In this document: positions 33,588 to 43,735 of the stretch, one piece after another
Numbering within the stretch: the first letter of the stretch is position 1
Layout: every line of letters begins with the position of its first letter
Assembly: GCA_963749155.1 (NCBI GenBank)
Contig: CAVVLO010000003.1
Location: 416,001 to 480,000 of the forward strand
Reading direction: 5' to 3'
DNA length: 64,000 nucleotides
From: an uncultured Armatimonadia bacterium
GTDB lineage: Bacteria > Armatimonadota > Zipacnadia > CAVVLO01
Position numbers and translations under genes: made by a program
Notes under the pieces: model-generated
Told to the model about the DNA's origin: nothing
Seen by the model: the letters and a program-made list of their open reading frames with translations, nothing else
The model's database searches: none

Positions 33588-35139
33588 TACTTGGCCTCGT
33601 CCTTGCGGCCATAGCTCAGCATTTAGCCAGTGACTCGGCGGTATCCGCAGTGTCGGGGTGAGCGTTGCCAACGCCTTGAGCCTGACAGCAGCGCCGCTCG
33701 AGCTTGGCAAGGCTTCGAGTACTGCCATCGTATGCAATGGCGAGCAAGCCAGGCTGTTCAGCACTGGTAGCGCTCGGAGGCTGGTGGCTCATGCGCCCCA
33801 GTGCGCCTCTCTGATCGCATGAGCGACCGCTCAAAGAGGGGCAGCGCCTCTGGTACTTGCCCATCGATTCATCAGCCCCGCCAGGTTGTTCAGGCTGGTG
33901 GCGGTGTCGGGGTGGTCGGCCCCAAGCTGCGCCTCACTTATCGCAAGCGACCGCTCATACAGGGGCAGCGCCTTGTCATACTGCCCCATCGAATCATACA
34001 GCCCCGCCAGGTTGTTCAGGCTAGTGGCGGTGTCGGGGTGGTCGGCCCCAAGCTGCGCCTCCCTTATCGAGACGCCCGCTCATACAGGGGCAGCGCCTCC
34101 TGCATACTGCCCCATCGAATCTACAGCCCCGCCAGGTTGTTGAGGCGGTAGCAAGCCGGGTGGTCTGCCAGTGCGCCTCCTGTATCGCAAGCGCCCGTGA
34201 TCAGGGGCAGCGCCTCCTGGTACTTGCCCATCGCCTATATAGACGCTCGCCAGGTTGTTCAGGCTGGTGGCGGTGTCCGGGTGGTCGGCCCCAAGCTGCG
34301 CCTCACTGATCGAGAGCGCCTGCTCAGAGGGGCAACTGCCTCCTGATAGCGCCCCTGAGTTGAAGTACAGCGCTGCGCTAGCCTGTTGATGGCTTCCGCG
34401 CACTCGACAGACTGGCTCGCGACTGCCGAGTACGCGTCATCGCGACAGCCGACTGCTCAGCTCAGCTCGATGCAGCGCCTTGTAGTGCCGGACGCTTGAG
34501 TTCGCTCCACGTACCTGCCACAGGCTGGTAGTTCAGGCCGCTCGACGTCTCTCTGCAGTCGGTCGCAGTACTCCGGAGTAGCGCACATCTGCCGACTGGC
34601 AACGCAGCTCGGCGCGAAAGCCGCTGTACGCACGTCCTGGCGCAATTGCTCCCACAGGCATACATCGCTCTCCGGCTTCGCCAGCTATCGCCTCCTAGCA
34701 GCTGGACTGCTTTGGGTCGTTCGAGCGCGCACTTGAGCCGCGTTCAGCTACGTCGTCGAGCTCTATGATAGCCGCAGCGCTCGGCAACCACGCACTGGCC
34801 AGTGCAGCTCATGACAGCCTCTCATCAACGTGCTGGCGCGCAGAGTCCGGCAGCTCCCGTGTCCGCATCGTGTAGTCGACGAGAGGACAGTTGTTGCTGA
34901 CCGCAGTATACCGATCCGCGCGCTCTGCGCCAACGCGTCGTCGATTCCGATCGAACGAGTCAGGTCAGCCATCCTGGGTAGCAGCGACTCCGACCAGTAG
35001 CGCGACGCTGGCAGACGCTTGCGCTGCCGCCGCCATCATCGCCCAGAAGCCGTTCATAACAAGCGCTCTTGAGCCGTCCTTCGTGGCTGATAGCGAGACT
35101 GAACACCAGGTCAGCGCACCGGCCTGATCGAGCTGCCAT
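33492..35139 (-). pseudogene. TIR_2 domain plus kinesin-light-chain-type TPR repeat protein, shattered by many indels (pseudogene or unpolished sequence)
   Basis: Stitched translation after an RBS and ATG at 35139: VF.SYSH.D...YWS....PG.D...IDDALAQARIGILLVSNNFLSS.Y.RTRELP.L...NDPKQP; then repeats ALSISEAQLGADHPDTATSLNNLA.LY..MG.Y..ALPL. Confidence 0.7.
33836..34330 (-). repeat. About four ~125-bp coding tandem repeats (42-aa TPR units)
   Basis: Recurrent GCCAGGTTGTTCAGGCTGGTGGCGGTGTCGGGGTGGTCGGCCCCAAGCTGCGCCTC near 33880, 34006, 34249, with a degenerate copy near 34131. Confidence 0.85.
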
Positions 35140-35244
35140 CTCTAGCACCTCTCCGTGACCTTTTGCACTCGAGGCGCTTCCATTCGTACGTACGGGACTT
35201 GGCGAGTTTGAGGCGTTGTTGCGCGGGGATTTGCCGCTGAGTTT

Positions 35245-35598
35245 CGGACCATCACCATAGGTTTCGGGAGCGAAGATCTCCCGAAACACGCGGCCGTAGC
35301 GGGGCAGGGGCGAGCGATGCGCACAGCTCGGCGGGCGGGCCTTCCTTCTGGCGTGTATCGAGATAAAGAAGGTGGCGTGTATCGGGAGCTTGCTCCCGAT
35401 ACCTGTTCCGGACCATCACCTAGGTTTCGGGAGCGGAGACTCCCGAAACACGCGGCCGTGGGGGCAGGGGCGAGCGGTGCGCGCCTGCCTTCCTTCTGGC
35501 GTGCATCGAGATAAAAAAAGTGGCGTGTATCGGGAGCTTGCTCCCGATACCTGTTCCGGGCCATCACCAAGGTTTCGGGAGCGCAGACTCCCGAAACA
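35245..35598. repeat. Tandem ~150-bp units containing inverted doublets of the TCGGGAGC..GCTCCCGA hairpin
   Basis: GCGTGTATCGGGAGC-TT-GCTCCCGATACC followed by GGTTTCGGGAG..CTCCCGAAACACGC, repeated; CGG(A/G)CCATCACC at about 35245, 35409, 35557. Confidence 0.9.
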
Positions 35599-35675
35599 TC
35601 GAGGGCTGGGGGTGACCCGCAGGACATCTCCTTCCCTTCGCGAATACCTCTGGGCTGTTGCTGGAGGGTTGGTTT

Positions 35676-38628
35676 ATGGGAATCAAATTGCTCTGCCTGC
35701 TAATTGCATTCTGCGCGCCCTGGCTTGCCTGGGCTGAAGGAGTCGTGCCGCAAGTGGCTGTCGAAATCGAACGGGGGCCTGAGGCCCTCAGCCTCACTCA
35801 CGCGGGAGGGAGCCTGGCGGTATCGCTGCTCTCGCCCGCCGTCACGCTGTCCGGAGAGCGCCTGGGAGGCCTGGCGCCTCTCTCCATCGCGGGAGACGTC
35901 GCCGCCCCAGAGGGCCTGACCCTCTACTACCCCGCCCAGCCCCTCTCCACAGGCGGAACGCTGCTCTCTCACGTCACAATCACCTTCGATGCAAGCGCCG
36001 GAGAGCTGCGCAAGACGCTTCGCCTGGGGCTTTCAGAGGACGCACAGCGCCGCCTTATCGAGGATATCACGCTGGAACGGCTTCCCGCCGCGGGTGTGGA
36101 CTTCTCCCCCGCCCCGCCCTACAGCTATCCGGCCTTCGGGAAGGGCTGGTTCGCCGGGATTGAGTTCCCCGTCGCGACAACGCGCATCGAGGGGGACGAG
36201 GTGATCCTCTCGCATGCACCGGGCAAGTGGCTGGAGCCTGGCGAGTGGCGCGAGAGCCGCACCGAGCTGATTGGCTTCACGCCGGTGGGGCAGGAGATCG
36301 CCGTCTTCAAGCAATATGTCCGCAACCTGCGCGGGCCGCGGCCTGGAATCCATATCAACTACAACTCGTGGTGGACCTCGGGTGTGCCCTTCAACGAGGA
36401 GGAGATCCTCGGGCTGATGGACGAGTTCCGCGTCAACCTGACCGAGCGGTCGGGCCAGCACTTCGACACTTTCGCCATTGACCTGGGCTGGTCGGACCCG
36501 AAGACGCTGTGGGAGATAGACAGGAAGAGCTTCCCGCAGGGGTTTGAGGGCATCTCGAAGGGCACCCAGCGGATGGACAGCTACCTGGGCCTGTGGATGT
36601 CGCCGTCGGTCTTCTACCCGCAGGCCTTCGACAGCGAATGGGCGCGCGAGCAGGGCTACGAGACCCAGGTCATAGACTGGGGCAGCAAGCTGCGCCTGAT
36701 GTGCCTGGGCGGGCCAAAATACCAGCAGGCCTATCAGCAGCGGATGGTCGAGATGGCCACCGTGTGGGGAGTGCGGCATTACAAATTCGATGGCTTCTAC
36801 GTCACTTGCAATGAGACCGACCACGGCCATGAGCCTGGCGTTTTATCTTGCGAGACAGTGGCCGAAGGACTTATCAGCGTGTTCGAGGCGCTGAGGGAAG
36901 CCGCGCCCGACACGTGGCTCGAGCCGACCTGTTTCAACTACAACCCAAGCCCGTGGTGGTTCCGCTGGGTGGATTCGGCGCTGACGACTTTCGGCGACGA
37001 CGCCCCTCCAGGGCGGGTGCCCTGCCCGGTGTGGAGCGAGAGCCTCACCAGCGGGCGCGACTACTTCTGCCTGCAGGGGGCCTACTGGCTGCCGCTGCCG
37101 GCGGTCGGGCTGGAGGCGCTCGGGCTTATCCACCAGACACCCTATCCGTATCTGAACGACGGCGTGACGGTGCTGCTGCGCGGGCATCAGTTTATGCCGG
37201 TCTATCTCAATCCCAAGTATATGAACGCAGCGCGCTGGGATCAGCTCGGGGGGCTGTTCAAGTGGGCGCGGGAGCATTCCGACCTGCTGTCCCAGAGTGA
37301 AGTCTTGCTGCCTGTCTCGTGGCAAGGCGGCAAAGCACCCAAGCTGCTGCAGCATGAGAAGATGCCCCGCGAGCCGTATGGTTATACGCACTTCGTCGGG
37401 GAGGAAGGTTTGGTGCATCTGCGCAACCCGTGGGTCACCGAAAGCAGCTACACCTTCAAACTGGACGCGTCGGTCGGCTTCCCGGAGGGCCTTGCAGGGC
37501 CTCTCGGTCTGGAGCGTCTACCCCGAAGCGCGCCTGTACGCGCAGGGCGTTGGGTATGGCGATTCTCTGACCGTGCCTCTTGCGCCGTATGAGACCGTCG
37601 TGCTGCGCTTTGGAGCGGCCTCTGAAGCCCCGGCTGGGCTGCCAACCCCGCCAGCGGCGACCTCTGGCGTTCAGGTCAAGGTGATCGAGCAAGAAGTGAA
37701 GGCCTTGAAGTTTGACGATGCGGGTGGTGAGCTGACTGTGGACACGACGCCACTTATCCGCACACCCGAGGCGCTGAGCGTGAAGCTGAAAGCCGGCCTC
37801 TCCGGCGCGCAGGGCGAGCCTCAGTTGCTTGTATTGCTGGAATCCGACCACACCGTCAGTGAATTCGGCGGGGTGGAGGTGCTGGCCGATGGCGTGCCCA
37901 TCGAGACCAGGCAAGAGGTCTCCGACGCCGGCTGGACAGCGACGATGCTGCCGAAGGCGGAATACTGGCGCTTCCTCCTTGCCGATTTGCCGAAGGGCAC
38001 GAAAGAGGTCAGCTTGAGGTTCCTCTGCGCGTTGAACGAGTTGCCTTCGGTCTGGGTGTGGGACAAACGCGATGTCGCCGCCGGCCCGCGCGACCTGCCG
38101 GAGCTGCTGCCCGCACCCGAGGTCATCAGCCTGGGGGGCGCCTGTGTGCTGGCGGTAGAAGCTGAAACGCTTGCCGCGCTGCCCAGGGAGACTGCCAATC
38201 GGCCTGTGGAGAAGATAAACGGCGTCTTCCTCGACACGCTCGACCCTGTGAAAGCGACGCAAGGGTATGGGAAGCTGGAACGCAACCAGAGCGTGTGGGA
38301 GAAGTCGCTTGGGGTCGCTGGGAAGCTCTTCTCACGTGGCCTGGGCAGCCACGCTAACGCCGAACTGGTTTGGAATATCGAAGGCAAGTATCGCCGTTTC
38401 CAGACCTGGGTCGGCTGCAACCACAACAACGCCGCCACCGTGACTTTCGAGGTGCTGGTAGATGGCCAAAAGCGCTGGGAGTCCGGCCTGATGCAGCGCG
38501 ATATGGAAGCTAAATGGGTGGACCTTGATGTCTCTGGCGCGCGCGAGCTGAAAGTACTGATTGGTGATGGCGGAGACAACATAGTAGGCGACCACGCCGA
38601 CCTCGGCGAGGCCAGGCTGCTTTATTAA
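35676..38628 (+). CDS. Secreted GH36/GH27-like (clan GH-D) hydrolase with C-terminal NPCBM domain (frameshift near 37500)
   Basis: Signal peptide; NYNSWW, FAIDLGW, FPQG, LGLWMSP, HYKFDG nucleophile motif; NPCBM RGLGSHAN...GDHADLGEARL. Confidence 0.8.
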
Positions 38629-38650
38629 GTAATCCACTGGGGGAACGGAT

Positions 38651-41622
38651 ATGCGTACCTGGCTACTCGCAGGTTTACTGCTGCTTGGAGTGATGACGAT
38701 GGCGCTGGCGGGAGAGTATGCGCCTCCCGCGCCTGCCGAGGTGCAGGTGGAGGGTAACTCTATTGTTGCGACTCACGCGGGTGGGCAACTGGAGATATCC
38801 TTGCGGTGTCCCGGTTTCACCTTCAATGAGAATACCTTCTCCGGCGGCGCGGAGCCCCTTGCGGTCACTGGCGACCTGGCCTCGGGGCTGGAGGTCTATT
38901 ATCCCGCGATGTCCCTGCCCTTTGGCGGCAGCCTGCTGGCGCACAGCACCCTCACCTGGTCACCAGAGGAGGGGGCACTGCGCAAGTGGACGCGCTATGC
39001 CCTTTCGGACGACGCCCCGTCGAATCAACTAGTGCGCGACATCGTGCTGTGGACGCACAAAGCTCAGGGCGCCAGGTGGCATCCGGGCGTGCCTTATAGC
39101 TATCCCGTCTATCTGCCTGGCTTCTTCTGCGGTATCGAATACCCGGCCGCCACGACGCGCGTGGAAGGTGACCTGGTCGTCCTCTCGCAAACCCCAGGCA
39201 AGCGACTTGTGCCTGGCCAGTGGTATGAGACGCACAAAGCCGTTTGGGGCTTCACGCCCGTTGGGGAGGAACTGGCGAGCTTCAAGCGCTATCTGATGGA
39301 CCTGCGCCGTCAGCGCGATCTGGAGGCCAACCGGCGCGAGATTATGTTCGACTACAACACCTGGTGGACGACAGGCGTCCCCTTCACCGCGGACGATCTG
39401 GTCAAGCTTGCGGGGCAACTCGAGGCAGGGCTAGGCACCCCCGAGAAAGCCCAGTTCGACCTCTTCACGCTGGATATGGGCTGGTCAGATACCCACTCCA
39501 TCTGGCAGCTCGAGCCGAAGGGCTATCCGCAGGGACTTGCGCCGGTCCGGCGCGCGGCGAAGGCGCTAGGGCGGAAGTGGGCATCTGGATGTCCCCCTCC
39601 TCGGCCTACCCAGGCGCGCTGGACAACAAGTGGGCCCTCGAGCAGGGATTTGAAAGCCTGCCCGCCCCCTGGATGGGCGAGGGGATGCGCTATCTGTGTC
39701 AGGCGGGGCCGAAATACCAGTCGGCATGGCAGCAGCAGATTGTAAACCTTATCAAGACCGAGGGCGTGAAGCAGTTCAAGTTCGACGCCTTCCACCCCTA
39801 TTGCCCCGAGACCGGCCATGGCCACGAGCCTGATCCACTCGCCAGCGAGGCAATGATAGACAACTATGTCGAGATGGTCGAAGTCGCGCGCAAGACTGAT
39901 CCCAACGTGTGGATCGAGCCGTATGGCCTTGGTTATTGCCCCAGCCCCTGGTGGCTGCTGTGGGCCGACTGCGCCCTGGGCACCCACGGGGACGATGCCC
40001 CTCCAGGTCGAGTGCCAAGTCCGGTGTGGAAGGAGAGCCTCACAAGCGGGCGCGACTTCTTCGTGCTGCAGGGCAGCTACTGGAGCAGTTGCCCCAACGT
40101 CACGCAGGAGGCCATCGGGCTGGTCAACCAGAACGCCGATCCCTTCCTCAATGACGCTGTCGTGACCTGCCTGCGCGGCAACCAGTATATCGCTCCCTAT
40201 CTCAATCCGAAGTATATGGACGAGACCCGCTGGGGGCAGCTTGGCGCGCTGATGAACTGGACGCGCGCCCACTGGAACCTGCTCGAGGAGACTGTCCCGC
40301 TGCTGCCTGCCGACTGGCAGGGGGGCAAGTGTCCCTACATCACCAACGCCCCTGCGATGCCTCGCCAACCTTACGGCTATGCCCATTTCAAGGGTAATGA
40401 GGGGCTGGTGTTGCTGCGCAATCCGTGGCTCGAGGAGGCCACCTACTCCGTGCCACTGGACGAGACAGTGGGTCTCTCGCCGGATGCCAAAGGCCTGGTC
40501 GCGGTCGGGGTCTATCCCGAGGCGCGCCTCTATGGAAACAACCTCTCCTCAGGTGGCAAGCTCGACGTGCCTCTGGCGCCCTATGAGACACTGGTACTGC
40601 GCCTCGCGCCGGCGGCGGTCTTCCCCACAGCGAACCTGGCCGGCCCGCCGGCCGCCCAGCAAGTGGTTTCAGCGACGGTCACGGCAAGTGCTGTCCGCAA
40701 GGTGAAATACACCACGCCAGCCGAGCTGACTGCCGACTCGACACCGCTCCTCACCGCCGATGAGGCGACCGAGTTTAGCCTCGCAGCCGAGGTCGAGGTC
40801 GTGGAAGGCACAGCCGAGTTGCTCGTGCTGACCGAGGGCACCGCGCCAGTCGAGGCGCCTCTCAACGTGGATATTACTATCGATGGCAAGCCTGTCGCTA
40901 CGCGTCTGATGAACTCCGCCTCGGGCTGGACCGCCACCGGTTATCCCAAAGCCGAACACTGGACCTTCCTCATTGCCGATGTGCCGAGTGGCAAACACCA
41001 GGTCAGCCTGGAGTTCCTCACAAGCAGCGATCTGCCGCCTTCAATCTGGCTTTGGAGCAACCGCGCAAAGCCCGTCGGGCCGCGCGACTTCCCCGAGTTA
41101 ATGCCAGCCCCTGAGCAGATCTCACTCGGTAGCGCCAGACTGCTTGCCTTCACTCAAGAGCAACTGGCCGCATTGCCGGTCGAGGAGGTAGAGCGCCCGG
41201 TTGAACGCATCAACGGGGTGTTCCTCGACACGATGGAACCTGTGAAGTCAGTGCAGAACTGGGGCATCCTGCAGCGCAACCAAAGCGTCTGGGAGAAGCC
41301 TCTCCTGCTGGGCGGCAAACGCTTCGTGCGGGGACTCGGCACTCACGCCAACGCGGAACTCGTTTGGGATCTGGAAGGCAAGTATCGGCGCTTCCATACC
41401 TGGATTGGGAGCGATGGCAACTACGTGGGCACCGTGACCTTCGAGCTGTGGGTGGACGGCGTGAGGCGCGCCTCGACCGGCCTGGTGAACGCCGATATGG
41501 CGCCCAAACGCTGGGATGTCGACGTTACCGGCGCGCGCGAACTCAAGGTCATCGTCACCGACGGCGGAGATGGCATCCCCTGCGACCACGCCGACCTTTG
41601 CGACGCTAAACTGCTCTTCTAA
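38651..41622 (+). CDS. Secreted GH36/GH27-like hydrolase with NPCBM domain, tandem paralogue of the previous gene (frameshift near 39570)
   Basis: DYNTWW, FTLDMGW, GIWMSP, QFKFDA; RGLGTHAN...CDHADLCDAKL; colinear similarity with 35676..38628. Confidence 0.8.
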
Positions 41623-41631
41623 GGCTTAACG

Positions 41632-41724
41632 GCTGAAAGGCGCAGGGGGTATTACCCCCTGCACCCCCGGTCTCGCTTCGCGCCGCAGGCCCAATATGGG
41701 GGTGCAGGGGTCACTGACCCCTGC
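41632..41724. repeat. Minimal copy of the composite palindromic repeat (inverted pair of GCAGGGG hairpin modules) between convergent genes
   Basis: GGCTGAAAGGC-GCAGGGGGTA-T-TACCCCCTGC-ACCCCCGGTCTCGCTTCGCG...GGGGT-GCAGGGGTCA-C-TGACCCCTGC. Confidence 0.9.
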
Positions 41725-41729
41725 GGTGT

Positions 41730-43511
41730 TTACGCCTTGTTCCCTCTAATGACCTCGAACAGCGCCTGTGCGGCGCTTTCGGGGCCTTCCTGCTCATAGC
41801 CTGGGATGCCCAGGCGAGTGCGCAGTTGGCCGACTTTCACTCCTGCGCGGAACAGTTCCCCGAAGTAATGGCGCGCGAGCGGATCGTGCCGCTCTTTGAG
41901 CTGCGCCGGGCCGAAGGGGTTGGCGAAATACGTGTGCACCAGGCCCTTCTCGTCGGTCGTGCCCTTGGCTGCCCTGTATCCCTCGCGGAAGACATGCAGC
42001 GCCTCGTCGGGCGTCGCGTAGAACTGCAGGTGGGGGTGCTCCTCGTCCAGTTGCTCGTAGTTGTTGGCGTAGAGGAACAAGTCGACGTTGTAACCTGCCA
42101 TCACCGCGGAGTAGGTTGTCACGGGGATGACCAGCCGCGCGTTGGTCTTGTGCGGACTCATAAAGATGCTTCGGTCTATCTGGCCGAAGGCGTAGCCAGG
42201 CTGCAGATCGTCAAGCCGCACAAAGGCGCCTATCTCGGTGCCGTATCCTGCGACCGCACCATCGGGCCTGAGCCCGAGCGAACCCATATCATCGAAGATT
42301 ATGGTCATCGAGCGCAGTTGATCCTGCGCCAGCACCCGGAAGGCCTCAAGAGATTCCGACTTGCCAGCGCCCGAATCGCCCACTATGACGACATTGGCCG
42401 CCGAACCGTCTTTCAGCTCTATCCGGCACATCGCCCCGTGGATGGGCAGCTTGCCCCTGCGGATCATGATGACGTTGTGCAGGGTCAGGATCATCTTCTT
42501 GAAGTAGCCGAAATACTCGACGTCCTCGCAGCGCGCGATGGCGCCGACGACCAGGTTCTGCGCCTCGTCCTCGTAGAAGACCGTCTCCCCCTCGCCGATC
42601 TGCCCAGGTTCGATCCCGAATACGAGGATGCCATCCGGCTGGCGGCGCGCGTCATCGTGGCCGGCCAGCTCGAACAGGTTGATGAGGCTGCTGCCCAGGC
42701 CCAGATAATCCTGGTGGAAGAAGGCCAGAATCAGCAGAGGCCCCACGTTGAGGGGCATACAGAACCACTGCGAGGGGTCAATCTTGACGCCTTCCAGCGG
42801 GTTCTCGGCCACCGGGTCGAATTGCCCCTTGCGGAAGTTGCGCCGGGGGTAGAAGACCACCGGAAGCTGCATCGAGGCCAGCCGCACAAAGGGAACTTCT
42901 TTGAGGAAGTTGTAGACGCCCCCTGGGCAGGTCCAGTCTATCTTGTCTACCAGCAGGCCCATATTGACGCCCGCCGGGACGTTACGATAAACGCGGGGCC
43001 ACTGCCCTTGCAGGTTGCTGCTGACGCGCCGGAAGACGCGCAAGACCAACGAGCGTAAATCCTCGGTCGCCCCAACAAAGCCCTGATGCCCCTCGAGAGC
43101 GCGATCGCGCGAGTCATCGGCCGCCGCTTCGTAGATGAGGAACCGCTCGAGATCGCGCCAGAAGTCATACAGTTGGTTCATCACCTCGACCAGCCGCGCC
43201 TTCGAGGCGAACAGCGGCGTAAGCTCCGGCGCCTGCTCGCCGACCCCCTCGGCCCGATGCTCCAGCAACAGGCGGAACACCTTGGCCACCAACTGGGTAG
43301 CGTCCGAGACGCCTTTTCCCTTGCGCTTCAGGCTGGTCATCCCGACCATACCAAGCAGCGGAGAACGCTGATTGTCCAGTTTCTCGAGGAACCGCTGCAC
43401 TATCTCCAGGAAGAGCCCGGAGTTGAGCACGTCCTCGGGAGTCTTGCACGGCAAGTCTGCCATCTTGAGGACGACGCGACGCTCATCAATCGTGTAGGAG
43501 AAGTCACTCAT
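41730..43511 (-). CDS. Phosphoenolpyruvate carboxykinase-like P-loop protein (atypical ~590 aa family)
   Basis: YFGYFKKMILTLHN, LPIHGAM, Walker A GDSGAGKSE, IFDDMG, GTEIGAFVR, FANPFG; start placed at the RBS-preceded ATG (MSDFS). Confidence 0.75.
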   Translation of the reverse strand: MSDFSYTIDERRVVLKMADLPCKTPEDVLNSGLFLEIVQRFLEKLDNQRSPLLGMVGMTSLKRKGKGVSDATQLVAKVFRLLLEHRAEGVGEQAPELTPLFASKARLVEVMNQLYDFWRDLERFLIYEAAADDSRDRALEGHQGFVGATEDLRSLVLRVFRRVSSNLQGQWPRVYRNVPAGVNMGLLVDKIDWTCPGGVYNFLKEVPFVRLASMQLPVVFYPRRNFRKGQFDPVAENPLEGVKIDPSQWFCMPLNVGPLLILAFFHQDYLGLGSSLINLFELAGHDDARRQPDGILVFGIEPGQIGEGETVFYEDEAQNLVVGAIARCEDVEYFGYFKKMILTLHNVIMIRRGKLPIHGAMCRIELKDGSAANVVIVGDSGAGKSESLEAFRVLAQDQLRSMTIIFDDMGSLGLRPDGAVAGYGTEIGAFVRLDDLQPGYAFGQIDRSIFMSPHKTNARLVIPVTTYSAVMAGYNVDLFLYANNYEQLDEEHPHLQFYATPDEALHVFREGYRAAKGTTDEKGLVHTYFANPFGPAQLKERHDPLARHYFGELFRAGVKVGQLRTRLGIPGYEQEGPESAAQALFEVIRGNKA

Positions 43512-43735
43512 AAGGTCCACCTTCCAGTCTCGTACCCCTCTAATTATTCGTGAAGGGTAAACTCTCAGTTTACCTGCCGGAAGGCGTTCTGTGAAGGGCG
43601 CAGGAAAGGCCCTGGGAACCACGAAACCCGGTATTACAGCGCTACAGAACCTCCCGAACCTCACTCTGTCTTTAGCCGGAGCTGACGAGTGACAAAGAAA
43701 CCACTTTCATATGGCGCGCTTCCAGGCTTTGGGCG

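Noticed and set aside
33836..34330. Possible diversity-generating retroelement template/variable repeats
   Set aside because: Repeats are coding TPR units, differences are largely indels rather than adenine-specific substitutions, and no reverse transcriptase is in the window
20700..39600. Programmed ribosomal frameshifting in split genes
   Set aside because: Shifts occur at arbitrary positions in many unrelated genes without consistent slippery motifs; sequencing error is simpler
41826..43058. Long antisense ORFs (also 16650..17810, 32355..33464, 21206..22465, 6596..7576)
   Set aside because: Shadow frames opposite well-supported genes, expected in GC-rich DNA
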